From: the human T2T-CHM13v2.0 reference genome, Homo sapiens
Strand: one strand, 5' to 3'
DNA length: 64,000 bases
Assembly: GCF_009914755.1 (NCBI RefSeq)
Contig: NC_060930.1
Below are positions 1 to 14,159 of the stretch, one piece after another. A program made the translations under genes and the position numbers. The first letter of the stretch is position 1, and every line of letters begins with the position of its first letter. The notes beneath the pieces are model-generated. The model was not told the origin of the DNA, searched no databases, and saw only the letters and a program-made list of their open reading frames with translations.

Positions 1-51
1 AGGAACATGTTTCAGCCCAAGAGAAGGAACTGGCTGTCTCTAGATGAGGTT

Positions 52-632
52 CAATCATGTAACACATAATGATGTTTCAGTCAATGATGTACTGCATATA
101 CAACAGGGTCCCCTAATATTGTACAGTAACTTTTTTTTTTTTACTATACCTTTCCTATGTTTAGATATATTAATTAATTAATTAATTAACTTTTTGAGGC
201 AGGGCCTCGCTCTGTTGCCTAGGCTGGAGTGGAGTGGTACGATCACGGCTCACCGCAGCCTTGACCTCCTGAGTTCAAGTGATCCTCCCACCTCAGCCTC
301 CCAAGTAGCTGGACCTACAGGCACACACCACCACACAGGACTAATTTTTGTATTTTTGTAGAGATGGGGTTTTACCATGTTGCCCAGGCTTAGATATATT
401 TAGATATACAAATAATTACCATTGTGTTACAACTGCCAGTGTGTACTCAGTATAGTAACATGCTATACAGGTTTGTAGCCTAGGAACACTAGGTTATACC
501 ATATAGCCTACGTGTGCAGTAGGCTATACCATCTAGGTTTGTGTAAGTACACTCTGTGATGTTTGCCCAAGGACAAAATTGCCTGATGACATTTCTCAGA
601 ACATATGTCCATCATTAGGTGATGCGTGACTG
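52..632 (+). mobile_element. Tigger3a (MER7-type) DNA transposon, interrupted by an Alu
   Basis: CARTCATG...GTGACTG termini, TA at the right end; internal GGTTTGTAGCCTAGG and CTAGGTTTGTGTAAGTACACTC. Confidence 0.8.
172..389 (-). mobile_element. 5'-truncated old Alu (AluJ-like) inside Tigger3a
   Basis: Antisense Alu right arm; TSD TTAGATATATT (161-171, 390-400); tail decayed to (TTAA)n. Confidence 0.9.
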
Positions 633-1189
633 TACAGATCCCACATTGTCCTCCTAACTGCTTATCTCTCTCTAGATGCCAAAAGATGCCAAACATTGTA
701 ACACGTAACAGAAGGAAAGTTTCATTTGGCACAGAAGTAAAAGTAATTCAGATCTAGTGACCTTCTTTTGTTTTTTCTTTCCAAGTGTACAATTGCTGAG
801 AGATAGAAGCAATGCAGCCCCAGAAGAGGAAGAAAAATGACAGGAAATCCCGATCCACACTTGACCAAAATCATCAAACAATCTAGGCAACTGGTTTTCA
901 CTCGTATGATAGTTTTTTAAGTTGTCAGCAATTCTTGGCAAATACAAGAATAGAAAATAACTTCAGTAAAACTCTGAGCTAAAAGGCTTAATATTCTCAT
1001 AGGTGTCTTGCCCTTATAAAGGGTGGGTGGGTAGGGGGGTACCTAAAGAAAGGAAATTTAGTCAGAGAATAAACCTTCTGCTGTAAGAGAAAACATAATC
1101 CAAAATATCAAGTATACTATATTTGAGGAAACACCAAATTTAAAACGAAGTTTTTCAAAATTTATGTAACTCCATATATATCACTTCAT

Positions 1190-1210
1190 ACACACACACA
1201 CACACACACA
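1190..1210 (+). repeat. (CA)n microsatellite
   Basis: Direct read. Confidence 0.9.
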
Positions 1211-1602
1211 TAATTTACAGATAACTTCTTAACATTTAACCAACCTGAGGAAGCTATTTCTTAAAATTTAATTTTAAGAGAAATTCATTTTAACTTTGAG
1301 ATGTAAAAAACAGTCTAAGATCTTTGAAGCTAGCCAGAGTACATTCCTGGATTCTAATAGTACTGCTTAATCATAGCCAAGCAGACACAAAATGGTGTTT
1401 CATAAAAGTGTGATAGTTGCTACTGCAACGATCAGTAGGTGTGCTTTTAATGTTTATTCAGTTGCATATTTTCAGAACTAACATGACATGGATTGCTAAA
1501 GCCTGGAACAGCTCCTTGATTTCGAAACATGGTCACTTCCATAATGGCTATATATAAAAAAGCAGAATAAGAGGGCAAAATTTTGTTTGTATTTTTATTT
1601 TT

Positions 1603-1707
1603 AAAATATGGAACGCTTTACAAATTTGCATGTCATTCTTGTGCAGGGGCATGCTAATTTTCTCTGTATCATTCCAACTTTGGCATATGTGCTGCTGAAG
1701 CAAGCAC
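1603..1707 (-). pseudogene. U6 snRNA retro-pseudogene (RNU6-type)
   Basis: Minus strand GTGCTTGCTTCAGCAGCACATATGCC...ACAGAGA...GCGTTCCATATTTT aligns full length to U6 (about 12 substitutions plus 1 deletion by hand count). A-rich tail 1581-1602; TSD GGGCAAAATTT at 1573-1583 and 1713-1723. Confidence 0.95.
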
Positions 1708-2204
1708 AAGGCGGGCAAAATTTGAAATGCTAGTTCCCATCCCACAGAGACCCACACAGTACTCCTTACATCATACTTAGAGAAGGTGTCATATTCATGC
1801 ATATTTTTGCTTTTGATCTGTGAAATTAATTTAGGGATAAATTCAGTTCTACTTTTTATTTTTCCTTTGCTGCCCCTACCGGCCCTTCCAATAACTTACA
1901 ATAACATATTGTTTTAAAAAGTTACTTATGATAATATTCCCGAGACTTTTCTGCAATTTGACGATTTCTTCCACTCACAGGAAGACAGGCCTAGACTATA
2001 ACAATGAAAGTGAACTCCACCAGAGGCAAAACAATGTGACTAAACACAGGGACTTCCCCTTTGCTACACCATGGTATTCTTTGACCTACTTTAGTTTTCT
2101 ACAAATCATCCCTTTAGTTCTCAGCCTGAAAGCACCAAAGCTAGGCCTCTGTTAATCACACATTAATAAACAATAACAAACAACAAAAAAGACAAACACA
2201 TGTG

Positions 2205-2234
2205 TACACACACGTACACACACACACACACACA
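2205..2234 (+). repeat. Interrupted (CA)n microsatellite
   Basis: Direct read. Confidence 0.85.
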
Positions 2235-3615
2235 TTTATATTAAGGAGTAAACAATCTAATCTGTGGAAAAAGCCACACCACTAAATAAAACATTAACAA
2301 AGGATAATTTGTTGAGTTTTTTTTCTAGAATAGATTCTAAAAAATTTAAAAGGAGAATTTTTAGATAAGTATTTTAAGAAATGTAATAGCTTTTAAAATT
2401 AGTGTCTTGTGTATGTATTCCTGATCCACAGATCCCATCTTTTGCTTAAAGCACCTGTTTATAAAACTTTACAATTTCTAATTGGGAGTGGCAAGAGAGA
2501 TCTGACATGCTTGATTTGACCTGCCAAGCCTTTTTTCCTTTTGGAGAATATTCATCTGCCTTTTCTATTGATTAGTTCAGTACTGTGCAGTTTTATGAAG
2601 ATTCTAGAAAAGTGTTAGGTGAAAATAAACAGCAATGACAGTGAACTAATCTATTTTAGAGGGAAAATTCCTCAAAGGCAAAGACAATTCCCTCCCTCAT
2701 TTACCTTTTTAGGTCAGAAAAAGTAGGCCATCAATAACTATAATTAGTGCAGCATCTGTAGGATGCTCGATTCTACTTTAACTACATAGAATAATTTAAT
2801 CTCACTGAAATTATAATTAAATGAGATCAGTACTTAATATGTCATGGAGCTATTAGTAAGCCTCAGAAAACTTGTTACTGGAATGTAGCAATTGTTCTCC
2901 ACAAGACGAATGACCAAGGGAATCAGGAATAATGACATAATCTTCCTTCTCTCTGTGTTAAATTTATGCCAGGCAACTTTCAATGTCTCCAGGAAAAGTA
3001 TCCACTGCTCTTTCTATTCTCCCCTCTGAATCCTTGCATCAGGACAGACCAATTTCAAATCAAATACATTTAAATGGTTAAATCAATACATGTATATGAA
3101 CCCTGATTTAATTTATGATTAAATTGCTACTCAGAAAGGTAACAATTTCTTTAAAAATGCATTTTACTTTTTGAAATATCTCACACATATTATTCATAAC
3201 TCAGTTGTATATCTGACTTTAAAATGTACATAATCTAAAATTAAAGCAACAATAAGTTACTCTTAATTTTATATTTCCCTTAGGAAAAAAGAACAATGTA
3301 CTAATATACATATCTGTGAAACCACATCTGATTCCATGTATTAAACCTAAATAATAGACAGGCATGCGATCTAAGAAAAAAACAGCCTTGACCAAAAAAT
3401 TTTTTTCAACAAATTTAATGTTTAGAAATTTTCTATTTGTGTATAACATGTAAAATAAAAATTTTAAATTTTGAACACTTTCAGTTATAATTTAAAAATG
3501 TACCATGTATTTTAAACAAAAATTAAAGGGGATGTATCAGAATTAATTCTACCTAAATATTTTGGGATATGCAATAAACTTGATCTTCATCTTCCTCTTT
3601 TAAATTAATTAACCT

Positions 3616-3906
3616 GCTGGGTGAGGTGGCTCATACCTGTTATCCCAGCACTCTGGGAGATGGAAGTGGGTGGACTGCTTGAGGTCAGGAGTTCGCGACC
3701 AGCCTGGGCAACATGGTGAAACCCTGTCTCTACTAAAAATACAAAAATTAGCCAGGCATGGTAGCACACACCTGTAGTCTTAGCTCCTCAGGAGGCTGAG
3801 GTGGGAAGATGGCTTGAGCCCAGGAGGCAGAGGTTGCAGTGAACTGAGAGCGCACCACTGCACTCCAGCCTGGGCAACAGAGCGAGATCCTGTCTCAAAA
3901 AAAAAA
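3616..3906 (+). mobile_element. Alu, full length
   Basis: Dimeric Alu with poly-A; TSD AAATTAATTAAYCT. Confidence 0.95.
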
Positions 3907-3914
3907 TTAATTAA

Positions 3915-4530
<616 letters not shown>

Positions 4531-4748
4531 GGGAGGCTGACTATTCAACTTGGCTTACTCCTGTTGACTTGGTGTAATCCCTTCTCTCACAGTGTCCCAG
4601 TTTGGATGATAAATTATGTGAGGCCATGTAAAAACATTTATCTTTAACGAAAACACTATGAGAAGTCATATATAAAAATTTTAAGATGGTGTGTGCGTGT
4701 GAAAGAGAGAGACACAGAAATAGCTGTATTAAAACATGAATTCATACA

Positions 4749-5062
4749 CAGTAGTCCCCTGGTATCTGTGGGGTACACATTCCAAGACCCCCATAAATGT
4801 GTGAAACCACAGGTAGTACTGAACCCCCTATGTACTATGTTTTCTCTTATACATACATAGCTATGATAAAGTTTAATTTAGAAATTAGGCCCAGTAAGAA
4901 ATTAAAAACACTAAGTAACAATAAAATAGAATAATTATAGTAATATACTATAATAAAGATTATGTGAATGTGGTCTCTCTCTCTCTCAAAATACCTCATT
5001 ATACTGTACTGTTGGTAAGTGAAAGTGAGGAAAGTGAAACCATAGATAAGGTGGGACTGCTG
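4749..5062 (-). mobile_element. MER44A-like (Tigger7 family) DNA transposon
   Basis: TIRs CAGTAGTCCCC...GGGACTGCTG followed by TA; internal TTCCAAGACCCCC...GTAGTACTGAACCC. Confidence 0.75.
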
Positions 5063-6643
5063 TATGAAGGTAAATATACAACTGCATCTGCAAAGTTTGA
5101 AACACACTTCATAGTTGGTCTCAGGGAGAACGAGATGTCTGAAAGTATACCAAACGAATGGGTTATAGAGCCTTCCTGCAGAGAGAAACAGCCCTTGGTC
5201 ACTGCCCTGTCTGAGTCCCAGGAGTCACCCTGTAGAGGTCGGGCAGGCTTCTGGCCTGAGAGGGGAGCATGAATATGTCTGTCAGCCAGGGTAGAGACAC
5301 ACCTCTATATTAGATAGAAGAGGAGAGGGAAACTGCCAACATAGGCTCAGGTATAACTGTTTGAAGAGAAATAAGTAGGAGGGTGGGGTGGTGGGAGGGA
5401 GCACACGAGAAAAGAGAGGAAGCCTGCCCTTGGGCAGGGGGTTGGGGGGAAGGCCAGTAGGCTGCATAGACCAATGACTTGCCCCAAATTTTCCATGAGC
5501 CATACCCAGTAGGCAACTCAATTACAGTGATGGGACCAGAGGGGATAGAGATGATGTGGAAATGTTCATGGAGACAGAGCAATCAAAATTTAGGGAACCA
5601 CAGTTGGGGAACTGTCTGCTCATCCCAACTGAGAACTCACTATCTTGCCAGAAGATGAGTTTTGCCTAATCCTTGAATCCTGAGGTCTTCTCTGAGATTA
5701 ATGCTGTGATTACTGCTGTTTCCCCTTTGCATTTTCCTATGTACCCTTGCTGATCCTTTTGCTTTTAAGCTTTTGATGATACTTTGATTCAGATACGTCT
5801 TGTGCTACCATCTTTTAATCTGATTGTCTTTCTACTCAATCTATAAATTCGTCACCAGGGGAGTTTTAACCATTTACATATAAAGCTATTCATTACATAT
5901 TGTGAAGTTAACACATTTCAAAAGAAGAAAAATACCTTCTACAAGTTGTCTGGTACCCAAAAATGTCTGAAAATAGTTATCCTTTAAAAAAAAAAGAAAA
6001 AAGCCAAAAAAAAACTAAAAAAAAAATTAGATTTTCATTTATTTTACCCCAACTTGTAGCCTTTTACTTTACCCATATCAATGCTGCATTAAATAGAAAA
6101 AATAAAATTGAGCCATGTATACAATTTTGGATCTAAAGAACTGAAATTCATGACATGGAAATTAACAATGAACGGTAAAATCATCATGAAATAGTCTTAG
6201 AATCTTAGTAAACTAGTATTTAGCCTTGTCACTAAACTGGCTTGATTGATATCTGTCAACTTCTAGAATTTCCCCCACTGCCCCCTTTTTTTCCTACAGG
6301 CCATATGATCATTCAAATCCTCAAACAGCTATACCCTTATGTTCCTGATTATATGCCAAGATGATAAATAAAGGTTTATAGATGACTCCAGAGTTAGCTC
6401 AGAGTCAATAAATCTAAAGGTGACCTAGTCCACATATCAGGCTATAATGGAAAATAGTGTATTTAGCTCCAAAGCATCATGGATTCAGCTACCTAGACAA
6501 TACTCTGCCCAATGATGTACTAATTAACACCAAAATAGAAAATGATTTAGGACAGTATGTGCTTTAGAACAAAAGGAAGATCTGAAAGCCACAGTTCATC
6601 ATCAATCACCAAATCAAAACATGGGACATAAAAAATATCAAAT

Positions 6644-6848
6644 GAAAGAAGAGAAGAGAGGAGGGGAGAGGAGAGGAGAGGAGAGGGGAGGGGAGGGGAG
6701 GGGAGGGGAGGGGAGGGGAGGGGAGGGGAGGGGAGGGGAGGGGAGAGGAGAGGTGGGGTGGGGGAGAGGGAAAGGGAAAGACCGAGAGTGGGTGGGAGAG
6801 AGAGAGAGGGAGAGAGATGAAGGAAGGAAGGGAGGGAGGGAGGGAGGG
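6644..6848 (+). repeat. Polypurine tract (GGAGA)n/(GGGGA)n/(GGGA)n
   Basis: 110 uninterrupted purines at 6644-6753, including about 12 GGGGA units. Confidence 0.95.
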
Positions 6849-9800
6849 ATAGCAAGCATAGAGTATATGAAGTATAAACAAGTCTATATCGCTGAGAGTA
6901 CACTTTCAGGTTGGCAAAATCTGTGTGGTGATAAACTAGTAACAATTTAGCAATCTCTACATATGTAACAGAGGCAAAACAGCAACAACAGCAACAATAA
7001 CCAGTCCTCTGTTTTACTTTCTACACCCTCTAGTTGCCTAAATGTCTTCATATTACATACTATGACAATTTAAAAAAGTTATCAAGAATAGTACTGTGTC
7101 CTCTTGTTTTCCTCATCAAGTATGTAACATAGGTTACCTGTCACATAAGAAACTGTGCTATTTGAGTTGCAAAATTTTGCACTTATTTCCAATCCCTCTC
7201 TCCTTAAGTTCCCAAATTTAATAGCCCATTAACTCTTTTCAGTTCTCTATTCCTATTATTTCCCATTTTCACATCTATTATCATAACCTTTATAAGCATA
7301 TATTTTCCTTAACTTTAGGCATGTCTGAGAATCATTATCACTATCAGTGTTCTTATAGGTTTATAAAAAAAATTATTTTCCCCTAATACTATTATTATGA
7401 TGCTTCTCAGATTTATAAGAATAACTATTGTTATTTAGTTTCTTCTTTTCCTGTTTTCATTTACTCATTCAATTTTCAGAGATTTGTTTCTTTTTATTTT
7501 TCCAATATTAAAAGAAGTAACAATTCACTGTGATTGAAATAACTAAAATATAAATTCACTTGGTTTTAAAAATCACCTGATTGTCCCTCTCACACATTCC
7601 TTTCTATTTGATCATGAAGACATAGGGAGAAAACTCTGAAGCAGAGTCCTTTTTCTTTCTTAAATAGCCTCAAATGTGTAACAATATGACTAGAGGATGA
7701 AAAAACAAAGAAAAGCAAGATATTGGGCCATTGTAATAAGGACGAGGTTGCAGGCCAAAAAATAAGATAAATGTGTGTTCAGGTGTAGAAAAGACCCTGG
7801 ATCACACATTTCTCTTTCTGACATATGTGATTGTAATATTCTTGGTGTCTTAAAATACTGACCCCTTATTAAAATACAAAAAAATTATTTTCTTTAAAAT
7901 ATTAAATTACTTTAATATTACTTTAAAATATTGAAATTATTACTATACCTTTTCTCTATTATAATAGAAGATACTATCTATAATTAGAATCTAAAACCAA
8001 TACATTGAAGGTATTTTACAAAGTTAGAACTCCTTTTCGTCTAATGTAAGATAAGAGCCTAAACTAAGAATAAGATCATCCCTTAAATCTTAAAAGAGGC
8101 AAGTTTAAGAGGGATAAAAGAATCACTACTATCCATACTCAGTGAAAGGTAAAATTATTAAACGAATACAATAGTTCCTGGTTCTACATTCAAATTAATT
8201 ATTTCCAACTAATACATATATTGACAGGTAATAAAAAGCCTTTGTTAGATCCTGTATCTTGATTTTTGGCTTAATAACATGTCTGTAAACTAAAACAAAA
8301 ATACACAAATTTGTGATTTCTACCAAACTCTTTCCCTAGAGCCTTTGCTGTAGCTTCCTCACAGGGGAAGAAGCAAAACATAAGCTTGCTTATTTTTAAA
8401 TCACGAAGGTTTGCTGTTTCTTTTTTTTTTTTTTTAAAGTCACTATGATTTGTTGTAATTTTTACTGGAGCAGTAGGGGAAGAGGGTTATTATTTCTCTT
8501 TGTCTCCCTGCAGTGAATTAGGGTAAGGAAGGAATGTGGATCCCTCTGGGATAAAATGAAAAAGAAAGTAGGTGGGAATTATATGTGGGTCTACTCTATT
8601 TCCCTTAAGAAATATCGACCAATTCAAGTAACCAAGATCCAGACATGTATCATAGCACTGAGATCATGTGATGGCATTTAAATTTTAATAAAAATAAGAT
8701 GAAACTAAACAAGTCAACAATAGTCTTCTGTTTTCAAGTATGTGTGATACGAAGTAGAAAAAAGAGGCTCATGAAGATAACTCAAATGGTGGACACAGCC
8801 ATACCACTTGAATAACCAACAGATATAAATGGATATTATTTTTAAAAGAGAAGAAATAATGACCATCCCAAAAAGAAACATGCTGCAATAGTGAAAGACA
8901 GTGCTAAGCTTAAAAGTTCGAGAGAGACTATGTAGAGAAAAATGGATTTGCCTGGGTCAAGTGTCAATGAAGACTTACAGTACAGCAAACGTTGAAGTAA
9001 CAGATGCCAGAATACAATAGAAACTCTCAGATCTGGAGGAAAAAGGCAAAAAGCCACCATCATCTTATTATCTCCTTGGCCCTGGTTCTTCTGGTGCAAT
9101 ATTCGCAAAATCAATTATGTTTCCTCAGACAGGCCTACTTTGAAAATGTATGCTTTTCACCTTTCATTCTAATACAATTTAATCTGGTTGCTTTTCTGAA
9201 GAGGAAAAGAGTATATAACTTCAAGAGCCTATAGTCTGGATGTCCCACCATCCTCCAGCCCTCACTGTTCAACAAAACAGCTTGAACCCCAATGCCTCCT
9301 CACTCACAACTTCCCCTCCCTATCTGTAGGTCTCCAGTCTATCTGGGCACAAAGGGATTGTATCACTGTCACTGCAGGTCCTCCACACCATGACCAACTT
9401 CCCTGAGCTCCCATAACACCCTCCTGCACAGTGCCCACCCTGCTGTCACTCCACAGATCATCATTAATGTGTAGTCATCAAGGGTAGAAGTCTTTTATGG
9501 ACATTTTGGAGGTAAAAGATAGTAAAAATAGGAGAGAAAATTCCCTAAAACTGAACGCTAAGTAAGATAACTGTCCTCCAAATTCAAAGAAAACAAAAAA
9601 GGAATGTAAGCTTTTCAAAGGGATCCATTTCATCGGCAGAGCCTCATTCCTATGGCTATAGCTTTGTGTTATTACCTCTCCCTCTCTCCGGTCTTTCCTC
9701 TTCCATCTCTTAGTTTTGAGTACTCAAATCCTATACACACTTCCTCAGGACTCTCAACTGCACTCACCTTGACTATTCACAAGAGCAATTTATTTTTGCT

Positions 9801-9904
9801 GCTGCCTTATCCTACCAGATCAGCCCCAAGTACTATTCTTTTCACAGTCTCAATCCACTCATCAAAATGTCTTCCTAAATAGCATGAAACAGACACAATA
9901 CAGG

Positions 9905-10370
9905 TATGCTGGATATGTTCTATTTGCCCCTGCAAAGTATGTATCTGCCCTACTCTACCCTGTTTTGTGCTTCAAAATGCTCACCACTATGGACTGTATC
10001 ATTACGGTACTCTTACTGTTTGGTTTATGATAGAGAGGCACTAACAAATTGGAGGACAGGGAGAAGAAGGTCAGGGTATTTATTCTGAAGGCAGAAGTGG
10101 GTATATTCCTCTATTGAAGGCCACAGTTCCTGTTAGGCAGGCAGGCTTCTCTTATAGCTGCAGACCTCACTGAGTTCCAGTAACTACACTCAACCTTTGC
10201 CCCTGAAGTTTGGGGGGGACAGTGACTTCCAGATGTCACTAGTTCAAAATGCCCATCATCCCTTCTTGGTTTCTCTTAACCCTGCATACACCTTTGTAGA
10301 CAGTCCTTTTTCTCTTTAGTCACCCCAGCTGAGTGTGCCATCCATTTTCTGCTAGGATCCTGGCTGATTC
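9905..10370 (+). mobile_element. ERVL solo LTR (LTR33-like)
   Basis: 3' end GAGTGTGCCATCCATTTTCTGCTAGGATCCTGGCTGATTCA resembles the LTR33 terminus. Confidence 0.6.
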
Positions 10371-10804
10371 AGCAGGGAGAAAAAGAAACTAATTAAAAAT
10401 TTAATTGATATCATCAGAGAATAAAATACTCATAATATAAGAACTGGCTGCTCAGAGAAAGTAACAATCTGAGAATACAAAAGAGTTATTGAAAGTTAAA
10501 AACATGGCTGCTAAATAAACATGTCAATAGAAGAACTGAATAATAGAACTGGGCTGAAGGGCAAATTTGTAATTTGGAAGATAAGTTCAGGGAACTCTCC
10601 AAGATATAAAGTAAAAAGACAAAAAAGAAACGGTATATGAAAAAAGGTTAAGATGAAGGTCTAACACTTAACTATTGGTCAAAAAAGGACAGACATAAGA
10701 GATATAATAGAGGAGAAGTAACAAAAGAGAGGATAGAAGAGTAATTTGAGATTCAATCTTTATATTGAAAAGACCCAAGCATAGTGGGGAGAAACATATT
10801 CTGA

Positions 10805-11229
<425 letters not shown>

Positions 11230-11655
11230 TAACTTTCAAGAGGTTGAGCAAAAGGAGAGAAAAAAACAGAGAAGGCCATCGTGGCAAAATGTTAACAATA
11301 CGTGACTCTAGGTGAAGGGTATATGGCATTTTCCATACTATTTTTTGAACTATTTGATAGGTTTAAAAAAAAAGTTGCGGAAAAAAGAAAAACAAGCCTC
11401 CTAGAGAGGGGTAAAATAAAACAAACAAACAAAAAAAAACACCAAGTTCCATGCTAAAAGAATAAGAATGAGACTGGCATAAGACTTCTCATTATAAACA
11501 CCAGATGCTAGAAAATAATGGAATAATGCCTTCACAGTTATGAGAGAAAATGATTTTAACCTAATATTCAAATCAACTGTAACAAAATCTGAGGTAAAAG
11601 TAAAAACATCTTCAAATATTCATGGGCCAGAAAACTTAATTCCCACAAACTTTAA

Positions 11656-11965
11656 TTTTTTTTTTTTAAGACTGCGTCTTGCTCTGCCACCCAGACTGGA
11701 GGGCAGTGATACAATCATAGCTCACTGTTACCTGGGACTCCTGGGTTCAAGTGATCCTCCCACCTCAGCATCCCAAGTAGCCAGGACCACAGCCGTGTAC
11801 CACGACACATAGCTAATTTTTACTTTTTATTTTTTTGTTGAGATGGTGGGAGGGGGGGTCTCACTATGTTTCCCAGGCTGGTCTCAAACTCCTGGCCTCA
11901 AGAAATCCTCCTGCCTCAGCCTTCTAAAGTGCTGGGATTATAGTTGTGAGCCACTGCACCCAGCC
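11656..11965 (-). mobile_element. AluJ-like
   Basis: Full antisense Alu; TSD CCACAAACT. Confidence 0.93.
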
Positions 11966-12874
11966 TCCACAAACTCTTAAGAAAATTAATACTGAGCTTA
12001 TGAAACTTAAAAAACATAGCAATGAATTACTTAAAAAATGTGATGAAACCACATCTTATTATCACGCTAATCCAAGCATTACATCACCTACTGCTGAAAC
12101 AATGCAACAGCCCTTTAACTGGTCTTCATGCCTCCTTTGTTGTACCTATCCATGCCCCACACAAGAACCATCATTTTATTTTAATGTTCCATTTTATTTT
12201 TTTAAATGTAGGTAACAGATTCACATTGAACAAAATACTTTCACGTGATTTGAATGTAGGAAGTGCAAAAGAGCATTAAGTCTCTGAGACCCAGAGAGTG
12301 GGGCCCCTACACTTTAGAGGGCCTGCTGTGGACCTCCTCCAGCTGCACCCCTCTGAGAGATGAAGTCCACAGGACTAGGGCATGTGCCCACCCAGATTAT
12401 GCTTCAGGTACTTGGAACCGTAGGAATCTCTACTCAAATGGGCTGAGCCAGCTCTCTGGGCCTACACATGGGTTGTCCTCCCTATGGCTGAACACAAGGC
12501 CCATGTACGCAACCTTAGGCTCAGAAAGTGGACAGGCAGCAGCTGTATGTGGGGTGTGCAGCAGCTGATGTGAGGGCAGGGTGTCTATCCTTCATAGTGT
12601 AGGGGTGGGTGGGATTGGGGTGGGAGAACAGCATAGACAGGCCACCGCCAGGGCCCACCAGTTGAAATGGGCTTATGAAAACGTATACAGTGAAAAGCCT
12701 TGGACTCATTCCTGTCCCCAGCCAATGGCTACTTTTTCCAAAGACAACTACTGTTTCTAATACAAGTTAATCACTTTAAATCAAAAATCTGAAAATGTAA
12801 TCTCCAACCTAAAGGATTTTAGTGGTTCTCTATTACTGTTAAGATAAAATCCAAAATTCTTAAAGTGGTCAACA

Positions 12875-13028
12875 TAGCATTTTTCAAACTATAACATTCA
12901 TTAGAACCATTTGGGGATTCAAGTCTGATCCAGTAGAACTGGGGTGAGGCTTGAGATTCTGCATTTCCAATATCTTCCCTAAGTGATACTGATGCTGCTG
13001 ACCCATAGGCTACACCTTGAGTAGTAAG
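12875..13028. mobile_element. MER5A-like hAT-Charlie element
   Basis: CTGGGGTGAGGCTTGAGATTCTGCATTTCCAA...GATGCTGCTG...CACCTTGAGTAG. Confidence 0.65.
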
Positions 13029-13199
13029 AGCGTATAAGAAATTAATATTCCTTTTGAAGCTATGACTTCAGCTACCCAGGTAGGGAAGGACGTTTTCCTC
13101 CTGGTTTACCCATCTCATTTAAAGAGAAAAAGCTACAGTCAGTCCACACAGATGGGAGAGAGGGTGGGTAGAAACTGCCAAGTAATAATAATAGCTAAC

Positions 13200-13650
13200 A
13201 TTATTCATTCATTCAACAAACATTTGTTGGACAATGTATGTGATAGCATTGGTCTAGAGGGTCCAGCAATGAACAAGAAAAAGTCTCAGTCTTCCTGGAG
13301 CTTATAACCTACTAGGGCAGACAGAATAAATATATAAGTAAATAACGAGTTCAGGTCGTGTTTGGGGCAAAGAAGAAAAATAAATCAAGATAAGGATCTA
13401 GAGGGTAAGAAGAGGTGCTATTTTAGATAACTAAGGCATATACAAAGATAGTTTTTGTTTCTTTTTTTTTTTTTTTACCATACTAAGTTCTAAGACAGGC
13501 ACAATGCTAAGTACCTTAAAGAGATGAAGGTCCTTTTATCTGCATTTTGCTGATGATAAACTGAAGCTCAGAGATGGTAAGTAACTTCCTCGAGGTTAGA
13601 CAGGCAGAATCGGGATATGGACCCCGGCAGTCTAGGATCAATTTCTGTGT
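13200..13650 (-). mobile_element. L2 3' end plus MIR fragments
   Basis: ATTCATTCATTCAACAAACATTT (L2 tail) and AAACTGAAGCTCAGAGATGGTAAGTAACTT (MIR core). Confidence 0.65.
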
Positions 13651-14002
13651 TAATATGTATTTCCTGTTCATGTTACATGAGGGCTGCAACTCTGCTGTGC
13701 TCAGCTGAGCTCCCTGTGTTTTCATATTCTGGAAGCCAGACTTAAACTTTTAACCTGTAAACTGCCAGGTGAGGGCCTGCCAGTTTAAGACCAGCATCAT
13801 AAGAAACTCAAGTACAAATATTCACCAGACACACTGCAAGAATGTGTCTTGTACTCACTCAGCAGACTCAGAGGCACGAGCTAACATTTAGTCAACAAAA
13901 ATTTCCCTTTGTTGGTTTAAAACTCCCCAGTTTCAATCACTTCAATTTTTCTCTAAAGTTTAAGGAAAATAAGTTTAACATGCAGCAGGTCACTCTCGTT
14001 TT

Positions 14003-14159
14003 AGCAATGGTTCTTAATCTTTTAAGATCACAATCTCTTTGAAAATCTGATAAAACACGGGCTCTCTCCCAAGAAAAATGCAAGTGAGTACACAGTTTTG
14101 CATGCAGCTTAAGGGGTTCAGACACCTAAAATAGCAATAATCCTCAATTTGAGAATGCT
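14003..14159. mobile_element. MER117-like hAT-Charlie element
   Basis: GGTTCTTAATCTTTT...TTTGAAAATCTGATAAAA...CTCTCCCAAGAAAAATGCA...GGGGTTCA. Confidence 0.6.

Noticed and set aside
672-947. 91-aa minus-strand ORF with a basic KKKQKK patch as a microprotein
   Set aside because: Non-ATG start, no recognisable homology, and length within chance expectation.
6547-6950. Proline-rich (PSPPL)n and (GEGRG)n ORFs
   Set aside because: Translation artefacts of the (GGGGA)n repeat.
12041-12049. ATF4-C/EBP element TGATGAAAC
   Set aside because: Isolated 9-mer at a junction of old repeats; about one chance occurrence is expected in the window.
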